Part shown: positions 31,357 to 41,723 of the stretch, one piece after another
Numbering within the stretch: position 1 is the stretch's first letter
Layout of the letters: each line of letters opens with the position of its first letter
Assembly (NCBI GenBank): GCA_965242925.1
Contig: CBDEUM010000030.1
Span: 96,001-160,000 of the forward strand
Direction: 5' to 3'
Source: Roseibacillus sp.
Lineage (GTDB): Bacteria > Verrucomicrobiota > Verrucomicrobiia > Verrucomicrobiales > Akkermansiaceae
DNA: 64,000 nt
The notes under the pieces: model-generated
Told to the model about the DNA's origin: nothing
The model's database searches: none
The model's input: the letters and a program-made list of their open reading frames with translations, nothing else
Translations under genes and position numbers: made by a program

Positions 31357-31971
31357 ATGTCCAAGTATGACGGCGAACAGATCCTGGTCGTCCCACGCAG
31401 CCTGTTCGACGAACTGGGGGACTTTCAGGGCCTCACCACCGAAACGGAGCGCTACATCCCTGCCCTGCTGAAACCCTCCAATAATTTATTCATGGATCGC
31501 GAAACAGCGGAAGAAGATCCGGACCACAAGCAGATCATTCCTTATTCGATCTTTCGCCACCAGGACCGCTACCTCCACTATGTTCGCGGAAAATCGGGGG
31601 GAGAAAGCAGACTCCACGCCCTGGGTTCCCTCGGCATTGGAGGTCACATCAATCCCGTCGACGAACGGGGCGATCCACTTGGCCACGCCACCTACATGGC
31701 CGGGGTGGAGCGTGAAATCGAGGAGGAACTCGTGCTCTCCTCCCGTGTCACGCAACGGATTGTTGCGCTACTCAATGACGACAGCAATGCGGTGGGACAG
31801 GTACATCTCGGAGTCGTTCATCTCTTTGAGTTGTCCAACGACGAGGTGAGCGCCCGCGAGGACGCTCTCTCCGATCTGCAATTTCAGGACGCCGAAACGC
31901 TCAGAGGCCCCCTTTACGACTCACTCGAGTCCTGGTCCCGCTTCTGCGTGGATGCTCTGGACGAGTTCTGA
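31357..31971 (+). CDS. NUDIX-like phosphoesterase (YmaB-like)
   Basis: EEDPDHKQIIPY, GESRLH..GSLGIGGHIN, REIEEEL and VGQVHLGVV. Confidence 0.85.
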   Translation: MSKYDGEQILVVPRSLFDELGDFQGLTTETERYIPALLKPSNNLFMDRETAEEDPDHKQIIPYSIFRHQDRYLHYVRGKSGGESRLHALGSLGIGGHINPVDERGDPLGHATYMAGVEREIEEELVLSSRVTQRIVALLNDDSNAVGQVHLGVVHLFELSNDEVSAREDALSDLQFQDAETLRGPLYDSLESWSRFCVDALDEF

Positions 31972-32065
31972 TCGCTGCGCAATCACCACCGTCCGCCAAG
32001 TCCGGCTGTCAATGATCACAGCACCTGAATGACCGGACCTTCCGGCTCCATCACGGCAGGATTTC

Positions 32066-33463
32066 CTACCCGGAGTAGGAGGATTCCACCCGCTGGGCGA
32101 CGTCCCGGTAACCGTAGTCCACCTCGTAAATCTGCTTGAAGCAGTTGAGAGCCTCGTCCTTGCTCTCCACCTTCTCATGAATGAGACCGAGTTCATAGAG
32201 AACCTCCTTCTTGGTCTTGTCCATCACCGTCAATTCAGCATTGGCATCCGCAAGCTGCTTGATGGCCATGTCACTCATCCCCTTGGCGTCAAAGGTGCGC
32301 CCCAGGAGCAGGAGCACCCTGGTCCGAATATGCGGGTTCCGGGTGGCCTGCTGAAGGTGCGGAATGGCATCGCTGTATTCCCCGGCATGATAGAGCGCCT
32401 GACCGAGGTCGTAGCGAAGCTGGGGATCCGTCGGGTTCTGTTCCACCCGCTTCCGGCGCTCCTTCACCTGAGCGACCGCCCTCGTCTGTTGAAACTCTTC
32501 CAGGGCGGCATGAGCTTCCTCGTCGTCAGGGTTCTCCGACACCCGGGCCTCAAGACTTCTGATCTCCTCATCCCCGGCACGGTCCTTCATGTTGTTGGCC
32601 TTCATCTTGAGGGCCGCATCTCCGGCTGAGAGGGTGTAGGCCCACTCATACATCTGTTGCGCCATCGCCCAGTCTTCCATCTGCTCGTAAATGGCAGACA
32701 ACTCCTTGGCCACATCGAAATCGTTAACATCCTCGTTGTACTTGAGGACGAGCTGGTCCCGTTTCTCCTCAAGTTGATCCTGGGTCATGGCAGACCGGGA
32801 GGCCTTTTCAAGGGCGAGGGTTTCCTCATCATCCTTCTTCACAAGAGCCCCGGAAGAATCCTGACTGCGCGCCATGGAGGCCCTCGCGGTCATGTCCTTC
32901 TCGCCCTTGACCGCATCGGTATCGGTCGGGTCCGCCTTGACGATGTCCTTGTAGACCCCGGCTGCCTCTTCCGGCATGTCACGATTCTCGTAAAACTGAG
33001 CAAGCTTGTGGAGGAGCTTGGTGTTGTCCGGCGTGGCCCTCCGGATGGTCTCCAGCGCGAAGGCTGCGGTATCAAGCATGTTGACGCTGAAGGCCACGTC
33101 GTGAAGCAACTCGTTGAGCGAAGCGTTGTAGGGATCCTTCGCTAGTTCTTTCTCAATCTCATCGATAACCCCCACTGGATCCTTCTTGGCCTTACCCTTC
33201 AATTTCCCGGCACCCCCTCCTCCAAAGAGTCCCTTCTTTTTGGGTGGACCGGCGATCTTCATCTCCGCCGCACGCAGTTTCTTGCGACCCTCGATGAATC
33301 CGGGCTCCGCCTTAAGCACGGAAATCAGCAACTTCACGGCATAGGCCAGGTTGTTCTGTTCAATGGCGGCATCCGCCTTGAGAACAAGATCACTCAGGTT
33401 CTTGGGAAGGCCTTCGACTCCGATTTCGGTGGGCCTTGCTTCTTCAATGGATTCTTCGACCAT
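32066..33463 (-). CDS. Tetratricopeptide repeat protein
   Basis: 465 aa; several TPR units such as LRYDLGQALYHAGEYSDAIPHLQQA; C-terminal YEVDYGYRDV. Confidence 0.88.
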   Translation of the reverse strand: MVEESIEEARPTEIGVEGLPKNLSDLVLKADAAIEQNNLAYAVKLLISVLKAEPGFIEGRKKLRAAEMKIAGPPKKKGLFGGGGAGKLKGKAKKDPVGVIDEIEKELAKDPYNASLNELLHDVAFSVNMLDTAAFALETIRRATPDNTKLLHKLAQFYENRDMPEEAAGVYKDIVKADPTDTDAVKGEKDMTARASMARSQDSSGALVKKDDEETLALEKASRSAMTQDQLEEKRDQLVLKYNEDVNDFDVAKELSAIYEQMEDWAMAQQMYEWAYTLSAGDAALKMKANNMKDRAGDEEIRSLEARVSENPDDEEAHAALEEFQQTRAVAQVKERRKRVEQNPTDPQLRYDLGQALYHAGEYSDAIPHLQQATRNPHIRTRVLLLLGRTFDAKGMSDMAIKQLADANAELTVMDKTKKEVLYELGLIHEKVESKDEALNCFKQIYEVDYGYRDVAQRVESSYSG

Positions 33464-33587
33464 GACGGTGGGATTTTGCGTGCGGCGCTAATGAAGCGGC
33501 TTCCGCCCGACATGGCAAGCGCCCCGTTGGCACAGCGAAAATAGGCCCACTCAGTCGAACGCACCAGTGATTCTGTCCTGTTTCCTG

Positions 33588-36296
33588 CTAGCGGCCCTGC
33601 TTGTTGCGCATGGCGCGGTGGACCGGAGAAGTCATGAGCGAACCACGGGAGGCCTTGGAGGTTTCCTGCACCGGAATCGCCTGACCCGCACCCGCATTCG
33701 GGTTATCCGCCTGGTTGGACTGCAGGGCCCCTCGCGGGGGCAGGACTCCCTGTCCGACCGAGGCCCGGGCCCGGGGAGCAACATCACTTCCTGCATCGTA
33801 ATCCTGTTGGTAACGCTTCAGCTCCGTTTGGCTATTCAGGATGGAGGGATGAATGAGAATGACCAACTCCTCCCGCTGGATGTCCTTGCTGTTGACCCCC
33901 AGGAACTTGCCAAGGAAGGGGATGGAACTCAGGAAGGGCATTCCCGAGCCGGTCCGCGTATCCGACTCGGTGATGAGCCCGCCCAGCACGATGGTCGAAC
34001 GGTTGGGCACGGTCACCCGGGTCGAGATCTCGTCTGTGTCGATGTCGGGCACTTCCCCGAATCCCTGGATGGCACGGTTATCCCCGATATTGTCCCTTAC
34101 CAGGGAAATCTCGAGAGTGACCTCGTCTTCCGAGTTCACCAGCGGTCGCACTTCCAGTTCGAGCACGATATCGCGAAACTCCACGTTGGTGGAAAATCCT
34201 GTCTGCGTCCCCCCCTGAAAGGTGCTGGTGGGCACCGCAATCCGCGATCCGGAACTGATCCGCGCAACCCCGTTGTTGGTGGTGAAGATCGTAGGCCGCG
34301 AAATGGCCGTGAAGTTCCGGTTCGTCTCCAGCGCATTCACGAACACCCCGAAATTGTCTCCGATCACGGCATAGGCCGAAAGGCCGCCCGCGGCAGCACC
34401 TGGCGCTCCCAGCAGTGAATTGAAGTCGAGCAGGGTATTAGGATCGATCACGGAGGGCACGCCATTACGGTTCTGCACGGCCCCTCTGAAGTCAGTGTCA
34501 CCGGTAAGCAACCGGGCCAGGTCCACTCCGAAGCTCCGGTCCTTCCCGAGGTCGTAGCGGGCAAAGACCGCCGTGATGGCCACCTGTTCCGACGGTTGGT
34601 CCAGTTCATCCACGAGAGACTGCACGATCTCGATATGGTGCGGCGGGCCATTCACCACGATGCTGTTGGAAATGTTGTCACCCACCAGCAGGGTCTTGCC
34701 GATAAGGATCGACTCGGGTGCGGTCTGGATGTTCTGCTGGGCAAGCTGCGCGCGCGAACCACCGCCGGTTCCACCCGTTCCACCCGTTCCCAAGCTGGTG
34801 CGACCGGTTGTCCTCGAACCGGTAGTCCTGCCACTGCTCGTGCCGCTTGTCCGTCCGGTCACCCCCGTGGGGCTGCGACGAGCGCTTCCCCCTCCCCCGC
34901 TGGAGGTTTCCAGAGTGCGCTCCAGCGCATCGGCCGCCACCGGGATGAACTCAGTCACCGGCAGGTAGCGCAGCTTCTTACGCAGGAAGTTCCGCTTGGA
35001 ACTGGGCGCATCAAAATCTGCGATGAGGCCTTCCACGAAAATGATATCCACAGGGCGTCCCATCAGGAAGATGCGACTCGTCCGCGGCTGCGCAATAATA
35101 TTGATGGGGGTATCCTCCCCGGATGACGAGCCTCCTCCGGCGGCATTCGCCGCATTCGCCGCATTCGCCGCACCGGGGGTGTTTGGCAGCGGGGGCGCAG
35201 TCGGATTGCCGGTGTTGGCCGGCGTCGTGTTCCGTCGCACCCCGGCCGTGGCATTCGTCTGCCGCTGGTTGTTGAAGATCTCATTGAGACGAGTGGCCAG
35301 ATCCTCCACGTCAGCGAAGGTCACCTCCACGAACTTGGTTCCTACCTGCGCGGAGGGAACGTCGATCCGCTCCTTCAGTTCCACCAGCATGCGCACGAGC
35401 GGCAAATTGCCCGAGATCACCACCGATCCGGCATTTGGAATAGCCGCTACCGTCCCGGCTGAACCAAACTGCTGCACCACCGACTGGAAAGCGCGCAACG
35501 CGTCGTCAGGTTTGAGATACTGCAGGGCCATCACGTAGGTCACGAAGCCATCGGCAGAGACCTGTTTCTCCAGATCGTCAATGTCGTCACCCACCGGAGG
35601 GCCCAGGGGCTTTGGACCGCTGGTCTGGGAGTTGGCGAGAACCAGTTTCACAAAGCTCGGATCGTCATCGTCGGGAATGATCTCAAGGCCTTCCATCACA
35701 AGGCGTTTCTCAATCACCTTGGCGGCTTCGGCATAGGTCATCTGTCCCGGCACAATAAAGGAAACTTCCGCTGCGGAGGCTTCCTGGCTCACCAGAACCT
35801 TTCTGCCCGTGTAGGTATGGTACAGGTCCGCGATATCCTGTCCGTTAAGGTTGGCAGCATTTAACTGGGCTGGCAGATTTGGATCCGGGGCGTTGGGTGC
35901 CGCCACGGGAGCGCGCCCGGGAAGAGGATCCTGCGGTTCAGGGTTAGCAGGATTATCGCCAGGCACCGGGGGAACCAGTCCAGGAGGTGCAGGCACCGGA
36001 GCCGGGGCCGGCGGATCTACAGGGTTGGCAGGATTCTCCACAGGGGCCGCAGGGTTCTCCGCTGGCGCGGCAGGAGCCGGGGGCGCAGCAGGATTCTCCA
36101 CAGGGGCCGCAGGATTCTCCGCGGGCGCCGGAGGGGCCGGGGGCGCAGCAGGATTCTCCGCAGGGGCCGCAGGGTTCTCCGCGGGCGCGGCAGGGGCCGG
36201 GACGGGAGGTTTCCCAGGCGCGGGAGGTTTGTTTTCCTGGGCGGCCAAAGGCAGCGCGAGGGTGAGCAGGAAGCAGAATGCAGTCGTTGGTCTCAT
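33588..36296 (-). CDS. gspD: Type II secretion system secretin with a Pro/Ala-rich N-terminal linker
   Basis: Signal peptide, N-domains, and a secretin domain (ISRPTIFTTNN, LEVRPLVNSEDEVTLEI, IVLGGLI, PFLSSIPFLGKFLG, ELVILIHPSI); last gene of the pseudopilin operon. Confidence 0.9.
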   Translation of the reverse strand: MRPTTAFCFLLTLALPLAAQENKPPAPGKPPVPAPAAPAENPAAPAENPAAPPAPPAPAENPAAPVENPAAPPAPAAPAENPAAPVENPANPVDPPAPAPVPAPPGLVPPVPGDNPANPEPQDPLPGRAPVAAPNAPDPNLPAQLNAANLNGQDIADLYHTYTGRKVLVSQEASAAEVSFIVPGQMTYAEAAKVIEKRLVMEGLEIIPDDDDPSFVKLVLANSQTSGPKPLGPPVGDDIDDLEKQVSADGFVTYVMALQYLKPDDALRAFQSVVQQFGSAGTVAAIPNAGSVVISGNLPLVRMLVELKERIDVPSAQVGTKFVEVTFADVEDLATRLNEIFNNQRQTNATAGVRRNTTPANTGNPTAPPLPNTPGAANAANAANAAGGGSSSGEDTPINIIAQPRTSRIFLMGRPVDIIFVEGLIADFDAPSSKRNFLRKKLRYLPVTEFIPVAADALERTLETSSGGGGSARRSPTGVTGRTSGTSSGRTTGSRTTGRTSLGTGGTGGTGGGSRAQLAQQNIQTAPESILIGKTLLVGDNISNSIVVNGPPHHIEIVQSLVDELDQPSEQVAITAVFARYDLGKDRSFGVDLARLLTGDTDFRGAVQNRNGVPSVIDPNTLLDFNSLLGAPGAAAGGLSAYAVIGDNFGVFVNALETNRNFTAISRPTIFTTNNGVARISSGSRIAVPTSTFQGGTQTGFSTNVEFRDIVLELEVRPLVNSEDEVTLEISLVRDNIGDNRAIQGFGEVPDIDTDEISTRVTVPNRSTIVLGGLITESDTRTGSGMPFLSSIPFLGKFLGVNSKDIQREELVILIHPSILNSQTELKRYQQDYDAGSDVAPRARASVGQGVLPPRGALQSNQADNPNAGAGQAIPVQETSKASRGSLMTSPVHRAMRNKQGR
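36010..36200 (-). repeat. Imperfect tandem coding repeats (PAAPAENP/PAAPVENP) in the secretin N-terminus
   Basis: Repeated gcagg(a/g)ttctcc(a/g)c units on the + strand; the protein reads AENPAAPAENPAAPPAPPAPAENPAAPVENP. Confidence 0.85.
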
Positions 36297-36325
36297 TGAT
36301 CTGAAGTCGTAAGTTGATGGAACCT

Positions 36326-36928
36326 CTAGCGGCTGGGAGGATTTGGAATGCGGCGAACGCTTGGCTTGCGGGCGGAGGACGAAGGTTTCGATGATGGGCG
36401 GGACGGCGGGGTTGGACCGCGACTGCTCGAGGGACGTTGTCCCGGCCTCGTGGTCGGTTTCGTGGTCGGCTTTCTGCCTACGGGAGCCTTCGGAGTGGCC
36501 TTCTTGAGCACGATGAACTTCTTGTCATACTCCACCGTGCCGATCTTGCCGCTGCGATTCTTGATCTCGACCTTCGTATCCATGAACCCCTTGCCCCGAT
36601 CCACATTCACCACCTCGAAACCCTGATCGTTCTCTTCCTCGGGACGCAGGCGGATGCGCTTGTCACGCTCCTTCTTGTTGATCAGGACCACGAACCAGCC
36701 TCCTTTCACCTCGCAGGTTCCGGCCAGGGTGTAGTCATCAAGGGGATTGTCCTCTTCCGCCACCACCTCCGGCGGCGGTGGTGGCACGGTGAAGGCGGAC
36801 TTGGTCCACAGTTCACTGTAGCGGGCCAGCGGCGTCTTGGTGGGAACGTCGGAAAACGCCGGGAGCACTGCAACCGCAAACAGGGCGGCGGCGCAAGGGA
36901 CGGTCAGGATTTGAAGGGATCTCATCAT
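36326..36928 (-). CDS. T2SS-associated exported protein in the GspC position
   Basis: Signal-like N-terminus, Pro/Ser/Arg-rich tail; lies between the GspM-like gene and gspD. Confidence 0.7.
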   Translation of the reverse strand: MMRSLQILTVPCAAALFAVAVLPAFSDVPTKTPLARYSELWTKSAFTVPPPPPEVVAEEDNPLDDYTLAGTCEVKGGWFVVLINKKERDKRIRLRPEEENDQGFEVVNVDRGKGFMDTKVEIKNRSGKIGTVEYDKKFIVLKKATPKAPVGRKPTTKPTTRPGQRPSSSRGPTPPSRPSSKPSSSARKPSVRRIPNPPSR

Positions 36929-36953
36929 GGCTTAAATCTGATTGGAGAGGGCT

Positions 36954-37511
36954 TCAGTTAATATTCACGGTTTCATCTCTTCCCTCGGGAACGAACCACT
37001 GCTCAAGCACCACCGCACAGTCGACCTGGGTATCATCATCCTTTTTAGGATTGATTCGCAGACTGGTGGCGGTCCGCAGGTCCGAGGGAGAATTCAGGCG
37101 GTCGATCCACTGGAAAAGAACCTGCTCCCGTCCGCTCACTTCAATTTCCACCCGGGCACGGGAAAATTCGAGCTTCCCGCCCTCGATCCCGGTCATGGGT
37201 TTGACCCTCTTCACGGTCAGCCCCCGCCGCTTTGCCTCCCGGTTGGCCAACGCCTCCAGGTCTGCAAGGGCCTTCTGCGAGCTCTTGATCTGCTTCTGCT
37301 CATTGCGTTCAAGCCACTCGATCTCGGCCCGCTTGGACTCCTGGGCAATCAGGTCGTCCATGGCCTCGCCTTTCATTCCCTCAAAATCCTTTTTCTGCTT
37401 CACCGCTTCCTCTTTCCTGGGCGCGTACCACACGTTGTAGGCTCCGATGTTCAGAACCACGAACACGAGGATTCCCACGAGGATAATCAGTTTTTTTTCT
37501 CGATCGCTCAT
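36954..37511 (-). CDS. GspM/PilO-like inner-membrane platform protein
   Basis: MSDREKKLIIL N-terminus, one TM, a coiled coil and a ferredoxin-like C-terminal region; operon position. Confidence 0.75.
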   Translation of the reverse strand: MSDREKKLIILVGILVFVVLNIGAYNVWYAPRKEEAVKQKKDFEGMKGEAMDDLIAQESKRAEIEWLERNEQKQIKSSQKALADLEALANREAKRRGLTVKRVKPMTGIEGGKLEFSRARVEIEVSGREQVLFQWIDRLNSPSDLRTATSLRINPKKDDDTQVDCAVVLEQWFVPEGRDETVNIN

Positions 37512-37513
37512 CC

Positions 37514-38824
37514 TTACTGTTCCTCCGGCCCCCTGAGTCTTGCTTCATACTGAAAGGACCACTTGTCTCCCTTGGCCTGGGGCGGCGGCGTGGTCCACTG
37601 GTAGTCGTTCAGTCCCCTCTCCCCCTTGAGGGCCTCGTCAAAGGCCGTGGCCTGCCCCAGTTCATCGGACTTGCCCTGGAGTCGGATGCTCCGAATAAGG
37701 GTCAACTCGCCTTCGGAGTCTACCTGGAGCTGGTTGGTAATATCAGCGCGGTCAAGGCGCACCCCTTCTTCGCCCCCCCGGGCCCTCATGCAATGATAGA
37801 GCAGTTCCACCGTGTTGTGATCCTGTTCCACCACCGGTTGGAGCTCTCTCCACTTCTGCTCATGCCGCTTCCCGTCTTCGTAGATGTCTTCAAACGGGGT
37901 GTATTCCACAAGAGCCTTGTCTGCATTCTTCCTGGCCTTCGCAAGGCTGCTCCACAGGCCTCCTAGCACCCCCAGATAGACGACTACCGCCGCAGCCGAG
38001 GCAATCACGATCTGCTGCTTCTTGCGCCTGGCCACGCGCTCTGCGCGCACATCTGCCGGCAGTAACTGGGTGGACCGGGCCGGAATGACCGGGGCCGGCT
38101 TGGCTGCTACCGTGGCCGGTCCACTGAGGCCGATACCCGCCCCCAGGGCTGCAAGTTCCTCTGCTCCGGGAGGCGCTTCCTCATCGCCGACCCATACGAA
38201 ACAGTGCCGTGGCAGGGAATCGATCAACCCCTGCATTTCCAGCTGCATGAGCGTGAGGCGAATCTCCCGGCCCGCGTCTTCGCCAAGCTGGTTGGATGCA
38301 AGGGCCTCGAACTCCAGCGCCTGGCCTTCTTCGGACAGGGCGAAGACCCATCGGCCAAGCTCCCGCCAGACCACGAGCCCATCAGCAGGCAAGGGCAGGC
38401 ATCGGGCTGATATGTCGAAGTGTTGCGGCGAGCGCCGGGGCAGATGACCCTCCATGGGCGGAGCCAGTACCACCGGCACCACCAGGCTCTCCTCCCCCCG
38501 GGTTCCCACCTTGAACACGTCGCTCAACACCCCGGCGTCGATCCCCGGGCGCATCCCCATCCGCTCCAGGTGCATATCAGCCAGGTCACTGAGCAGGGCA
38601 TCATCCGAGGTGGGTGCTCGAAAGGGCAGGGCCGAAACGTCGCGCACAGGAAACGCCATGGTCAGTTCCCCGGAGGGGATGCCCCCCACGTCCAGGACGC
38701 GCGTGGTCCCCGAACGCAGGGCGAGATCGAGCCCGGCACCGTTCAGGCTCGTCCAAGCCTCCCACCCATCAGCTCCGGGCAGCAGGAGAACCTTCTCACC
38801 TTTCTTTTTTGCCTTTGGAATCAT
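37514..38824 (-). CDS. GspL/PilM-PilN-like inner-membrane platform protein
   Basis: Cytoplasmic domain, a QLLPADVR motif before a single TM, then a periplasmic domain; operon position. Confidence 0.75.
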   Translation of the reverse strand: MIPKAKKKGEKVLLLPGADGWEAWTSLNGAGLDLALRSGTTRVLDVGGIPSGELTMAFPVRDVSALPFRAPTSDDALLSDLADMHLERMGMRPGIDAGVLSDVFKVGTRGEESLVVPVVLAPPMEGHLPRRSPQHFDISARCLPLPADGLVVWRELGRWVFALSEEGQALEFEALASNQLGEDAGREIRLTLMQLEMQGLIDSLPRHCFVWVGDEEAPPGAEELAALGAGIGLSGPATVAAKPAPVIPARSTQLLPADVRAERVARRKKQQIVIASAAAVVVYLGVLGGLWSSLAKARKNADKALVEYTPFEDIYEDGKRHEQKWRELQPVVEQDHNTVELLYHCMRARGGEEGVRLDRADITNQLQVDSEGELTLIRSIRLQGKSDELGQATAFDEALKGERGLNDYQWTTPPPQAKGDKWSFQYEARLRGPEEQ

Positions 38825-39828
38825 GGTACTTGCTCCACTTTACGCTCCAGGATGGACGGACGACCCGTCCGATTCCGTACGATCAGGGTGATCCGACGCT
38901 TGATCTGCGATCCGCCGAGGCCCGACCAGCCGGTTGATTCGATTCGAGTGGTCGGGTCGTTGGCCGTGAGGCGGGGCTCGACGATCATCCGTTGGATGTC
39001 CGGGACTCCTAGCAAATCGAGGACCTCTCCGCTATTATTAAAAGGCTGATCGTCTTCCGTGCCCCGGATCATGTCCGCCCCCAGCACCCGGTCCCGGATG
39101 GCTGAGGCCTCATCGATGGAGACTTCCGCCGCCCGGGCCAGTTTTTCCGGGTCCGCTTCGTTGACATCCAGTCCCCCGCTACTCCAGATCGTGAACCAGT
39201 TACGCCAGTTGGGATAAATTCGTTCCAGGTCCTCCATCCCCCGCACCAGCCTCATCTCATCCAGGGAGTAGAAGGGGCGATTATAAGGCCGGTTCAGAAA
39301 ACCCAGTCCCTCGTAATAGGGGAACTCTGCTCCATTAAGTTCCTCCAGTTCATTCTCGTCCACCCAGTCCACGAGGGCGTCCACCACTTCCTGGGCGAAC
39401 TCCTCCTCGATCCCCCATTCCACGAACATTTCACGCAGCAGGGCCTTGTCGGGATCGGCCCCGTCCCCACGGTTCATGAGCAGAGAGTTGATATTGAAGC
39501 GGGACCCCTCCGATTCGATGCTGGCCGAGAAGCCCACCTCCCCAGGGAAGCGTTGTTCCAGGAGGAGATAATCCGAGCGCTCCACCACCGGGTTGCAGGC
39601 CACCGAGATTCCCATCTCGGCCATCTGGGTCGCCCGGACTCCCTCCACCTGGCCGGAGACCAGGCGGTCCTCGTAATCCAGCAACTGGATCGCAGTGAAG
39701 ATATAGAGGGCCATCACACTGATAAGCCAGAACACTGCCACCATGGTACTGCCCCGCCTTCCCCGCACACGGAAGCGCACGGTCGTCCCGACCGTCATCC
39801 CTCCCTGCACTGGAACGTTTGCTTTCAT
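38821..39828 (-). CDS. gspK: Minor pseudopilin GspK
   Basis: RRGSTMVAVFW prepilin-like N-terminus without E5; ESEGSRFNIN, DALVDWVDEN, PFYSLDEMRLVRGM and LDVNEA. Confidence 0.88.
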   Translation of the reverse strand: MKANVPVQGGMTVGTTVRFRVRGRRGSTMVAVFWLISVMALYIFTAIQLLDYEDRLVSGQVEGVRATQMAEMGISVACNPVVERSDYLLLEQRFPGEVGFSASIESEGSRFNINSLLMNRGDGADPDKALLREMFVEWGIEEEFAQEVVDALVDWVDENELEELNGAEFPYYEGLGFLNRPYNRPFYSLDEMRLVRGMEDLERIYPNWRNWFTIWSSGGLDVNEADPEKLARAAEVSIDEASAIRDRVLGADMIRGTEDDQPFNNSGEVLDLLGVPDIQRMIVEPRLTANDPTTRIESTGWSGLGGSQIKRRITLIVRNRTGRPSILERKVEQVP

Positions 39829-40715
39829 CTTCCTGGGGCTCCCGGCCCTGGTGGGCCAGGGCGGCTACCGCCTCCGGGCGTAGGAGGTGCCGACCTCGTT
39901 CGTGAACTGCCACCACCCCCCCGGCGATCCCCTCCTCCGTCCCGTCCCCGGCCGCTATCGCGCCCGGAAGATCCCCGGCCGCCTGCCGCCTGGCGCTGCT
40001 GCGGGGCCGCCCGCCGCTGGGATCTCATGACCGTTTCCGGGTTCAACTTGGGCGGGAGCCAGAAATGATGAACGATCTCATCGGAGTTTTCATCGAACTT
40101 CACCCGCAATTCCATCTGAATCGGCAGGCGTCCCTGCACGTCCCAAGTCTCGGTATAACCCTGATCTTCGTCATTCACTGCCCGACCGTCCCGCGCCCAC
40201 CATTCGAACCAGAAGACGTCCCGCAGGAGAATGATCTCCGCCACAGGCTCGGCATTCACATTGGCGGTCGAGTCGCTGTCATCGAGGATGGCCTCCTCAT
40301 AATAACGCAGGACCACATCGAGATCTCCGCTACGCGTAGGAACGGTGGAAATCTGGACGGCCTCCGCCGAGAGGGCCTGGCCGGACCATGAAAAGGAAGT
40401 GGGAACGTTCTGAAAGGTGAGATCGCTCAGGAAATGCGAGCCTGCATCATTCCGGAGGAGTTCCATCTCCGCATTCCCCGGCAACTGGCTGAAGTTTCTG
40501 CCCAGGAAGGCAATGAGAGCCTCCTGGGTCATGTGCTGCCGCCCGTCGTCGGCCATCTCGTTTGACATCTCCAGGGCTCCGTCCACGATCCACATGATCG
40601 TAACCAGCAGAATCCCGGCAATGGCCAGGGCAAGGACCGCCTCCAGCAGGAGGATTCCCCGCCGGGAACGCCGGACACGCCGTCTCCCGTGGTTACTGTT
40701 GGTAAAGTCTCGCAT
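39825..40715 (-). CDS. Minor pseudopilin, GspJ-like
   Basis: RRGILLLEAVLALAI type IV prepilin motif; start taken at ATG 40715. Confidence 0.8.
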   Translation of the reverse strand: MRDFTNSNHGRRRVRRSRRGILLLEAVLALAIAGILLVTIMWIVDGALEMSNEMADDGRQHMTQEALIAFLGRNFSQLPGNAEMELLRNDAGSHFLSDLTFQNVPTSFSWSGQALSAEAVQISTVPTRSGDLDVVLRYYEEAILDDSDSTANVNAEPVAEIILLRDVFWFEWWARDGRAVNDEDQGYTETWDVQGRLPIQMELRVKFDENSDEIVHHFWLPPKLNPETVMRSQRRAAPQQRQAAGGRGSSGRDSGRGRDGGGDRRGGGGSSRTRSAPPTPGGGSRPGPPGPGAPGR

Positions 40716-41130
40716 AGCGCCAGGTTTCAGCGATTCGCTCATGCCACATGAGATCCTCATACCAGGTCCCGATGACCTGCACGTGGTACATCTGCTGCAT
40801 GAGCCGTCCCTTTTCCGTCGTCATCCGCTGTTCTTCCACCACGTCCTCCAGCGGACGGATAACGACCTGAATCTCCAACTCGTTTTTCTCCTCGAGGGGA
40901 TACGATTCCTCCAGTTCCTCGATCTCCGGCAAGCTGGCATACTTCATCAGTTCGCTGTGAAGGATACGCCCCATCTTGGCGTCCCTCCGCAACTCGCGCA
41001 GGATCTCCGCGATGTCATTGAGGGCTACCATGTAGGACACTCCCACCATCGAGAAGACCGTGAGGGCAATCATGACCTCCAGCAGGACGAATCCGCCGCG
41101 CCGACGCGCTCTGGTAACACCCTTCTTCAT
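40693..41130 (-). CDS. Minor pseudopilin, GspI-like
   Basis: RRRGGFVLLEVMIALTVF prepilin motif; 145 aa. Confidence 0.82.
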   Translation of the reverse strand: MKKGVTRARRRGGFVLLEVMIALTVFSMVGVSYMVALNDIAEILRELRRDAKMGRILHSELMKYASLPEIEELEESYPLEEKNELEIQVVIRPLEDVVEEQRMTTEKGRLMQQMYHVQVIGTWYEDLMWHERIAETWRYARLYQQ

Positions 41131-41723
41131 TGCATGATCACGGCCTCCTCCTCATCAATCCGTGCCGTCAGCGGGTTCATGTGCATGATGATGTAACTGT
41201 CTTCCCTTTCCACCCGGATCGAAACCGGCTCACACAACCCGGTACTTTGAAACTGCCAGATCACTGACTCTCCCTTCTCGGGCCGGATCCAGGCATCCTC
41301 CTTGGTCCCCCAGCGGCGAATTGTAACCACCGCTTCTCCCGCCTCCAGGGTGTCGTAGATCTCCTCGTTGCTCTCGCTGAATTCCCCGTCCTCCGTCAAT
41401 CCCGGGAGGGCATCCGGATCGACCAGATCCTGGCTTCGCACATCCGCCCCGGCAAGGACCACCTTGTCGTGCTCGATGCGGAGCCAGAACGGCTTCTGGT
41501 GCAGCACCGACATGGCGTGGCCGCGGGAAGACATCGCCTCGATCTTCACGCTGGCCTTGCGGAGCAGTTCCTTGTCCTGGGAGTTAAACTGGTAGGTCAG
41601 GCCAACGCTGATCACAATCAGAATCACGACCATTGCCAGAATGGTCTCCAGCAGAGTCATGCCTCTCCGCCGTCCAGAATGCCAGGCTCTACTATTCCGT
41701 ATCCTGACTGCTGAGGTCGTCAT
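41127..41723 (-). CDS. Minor pseudopilin, GspH-like
   Basis: RRRGMTLLETILAMVVI prepilin motif; directly follows gspG. Confidence 0.82.
   Translation of the reverse strand: MTTSAVRIRNSRAWHSGRRRGMTLLETILAMVVILIVISVGLTYQFNSQDKELLRKASVKIEAMSSRGHAMSVLHQKPFWLRIEHDKVVLAGADVRSQDLVDPDALPGLTEDGEFSESNEEIYDTLEAGEAVVTIRRWGTKEDAWIRPEKGESVIWQFQSTGLCEPVSIRVEREDSYIIMHMNPLTARIDEEEAVIMQ

Noticed and set aside
36010..36200. CRISPR-like short repeats
   Set aside because: They are in-frame Pro/Ala coding repeats within gspD, with no unique spacers and no cas genes.
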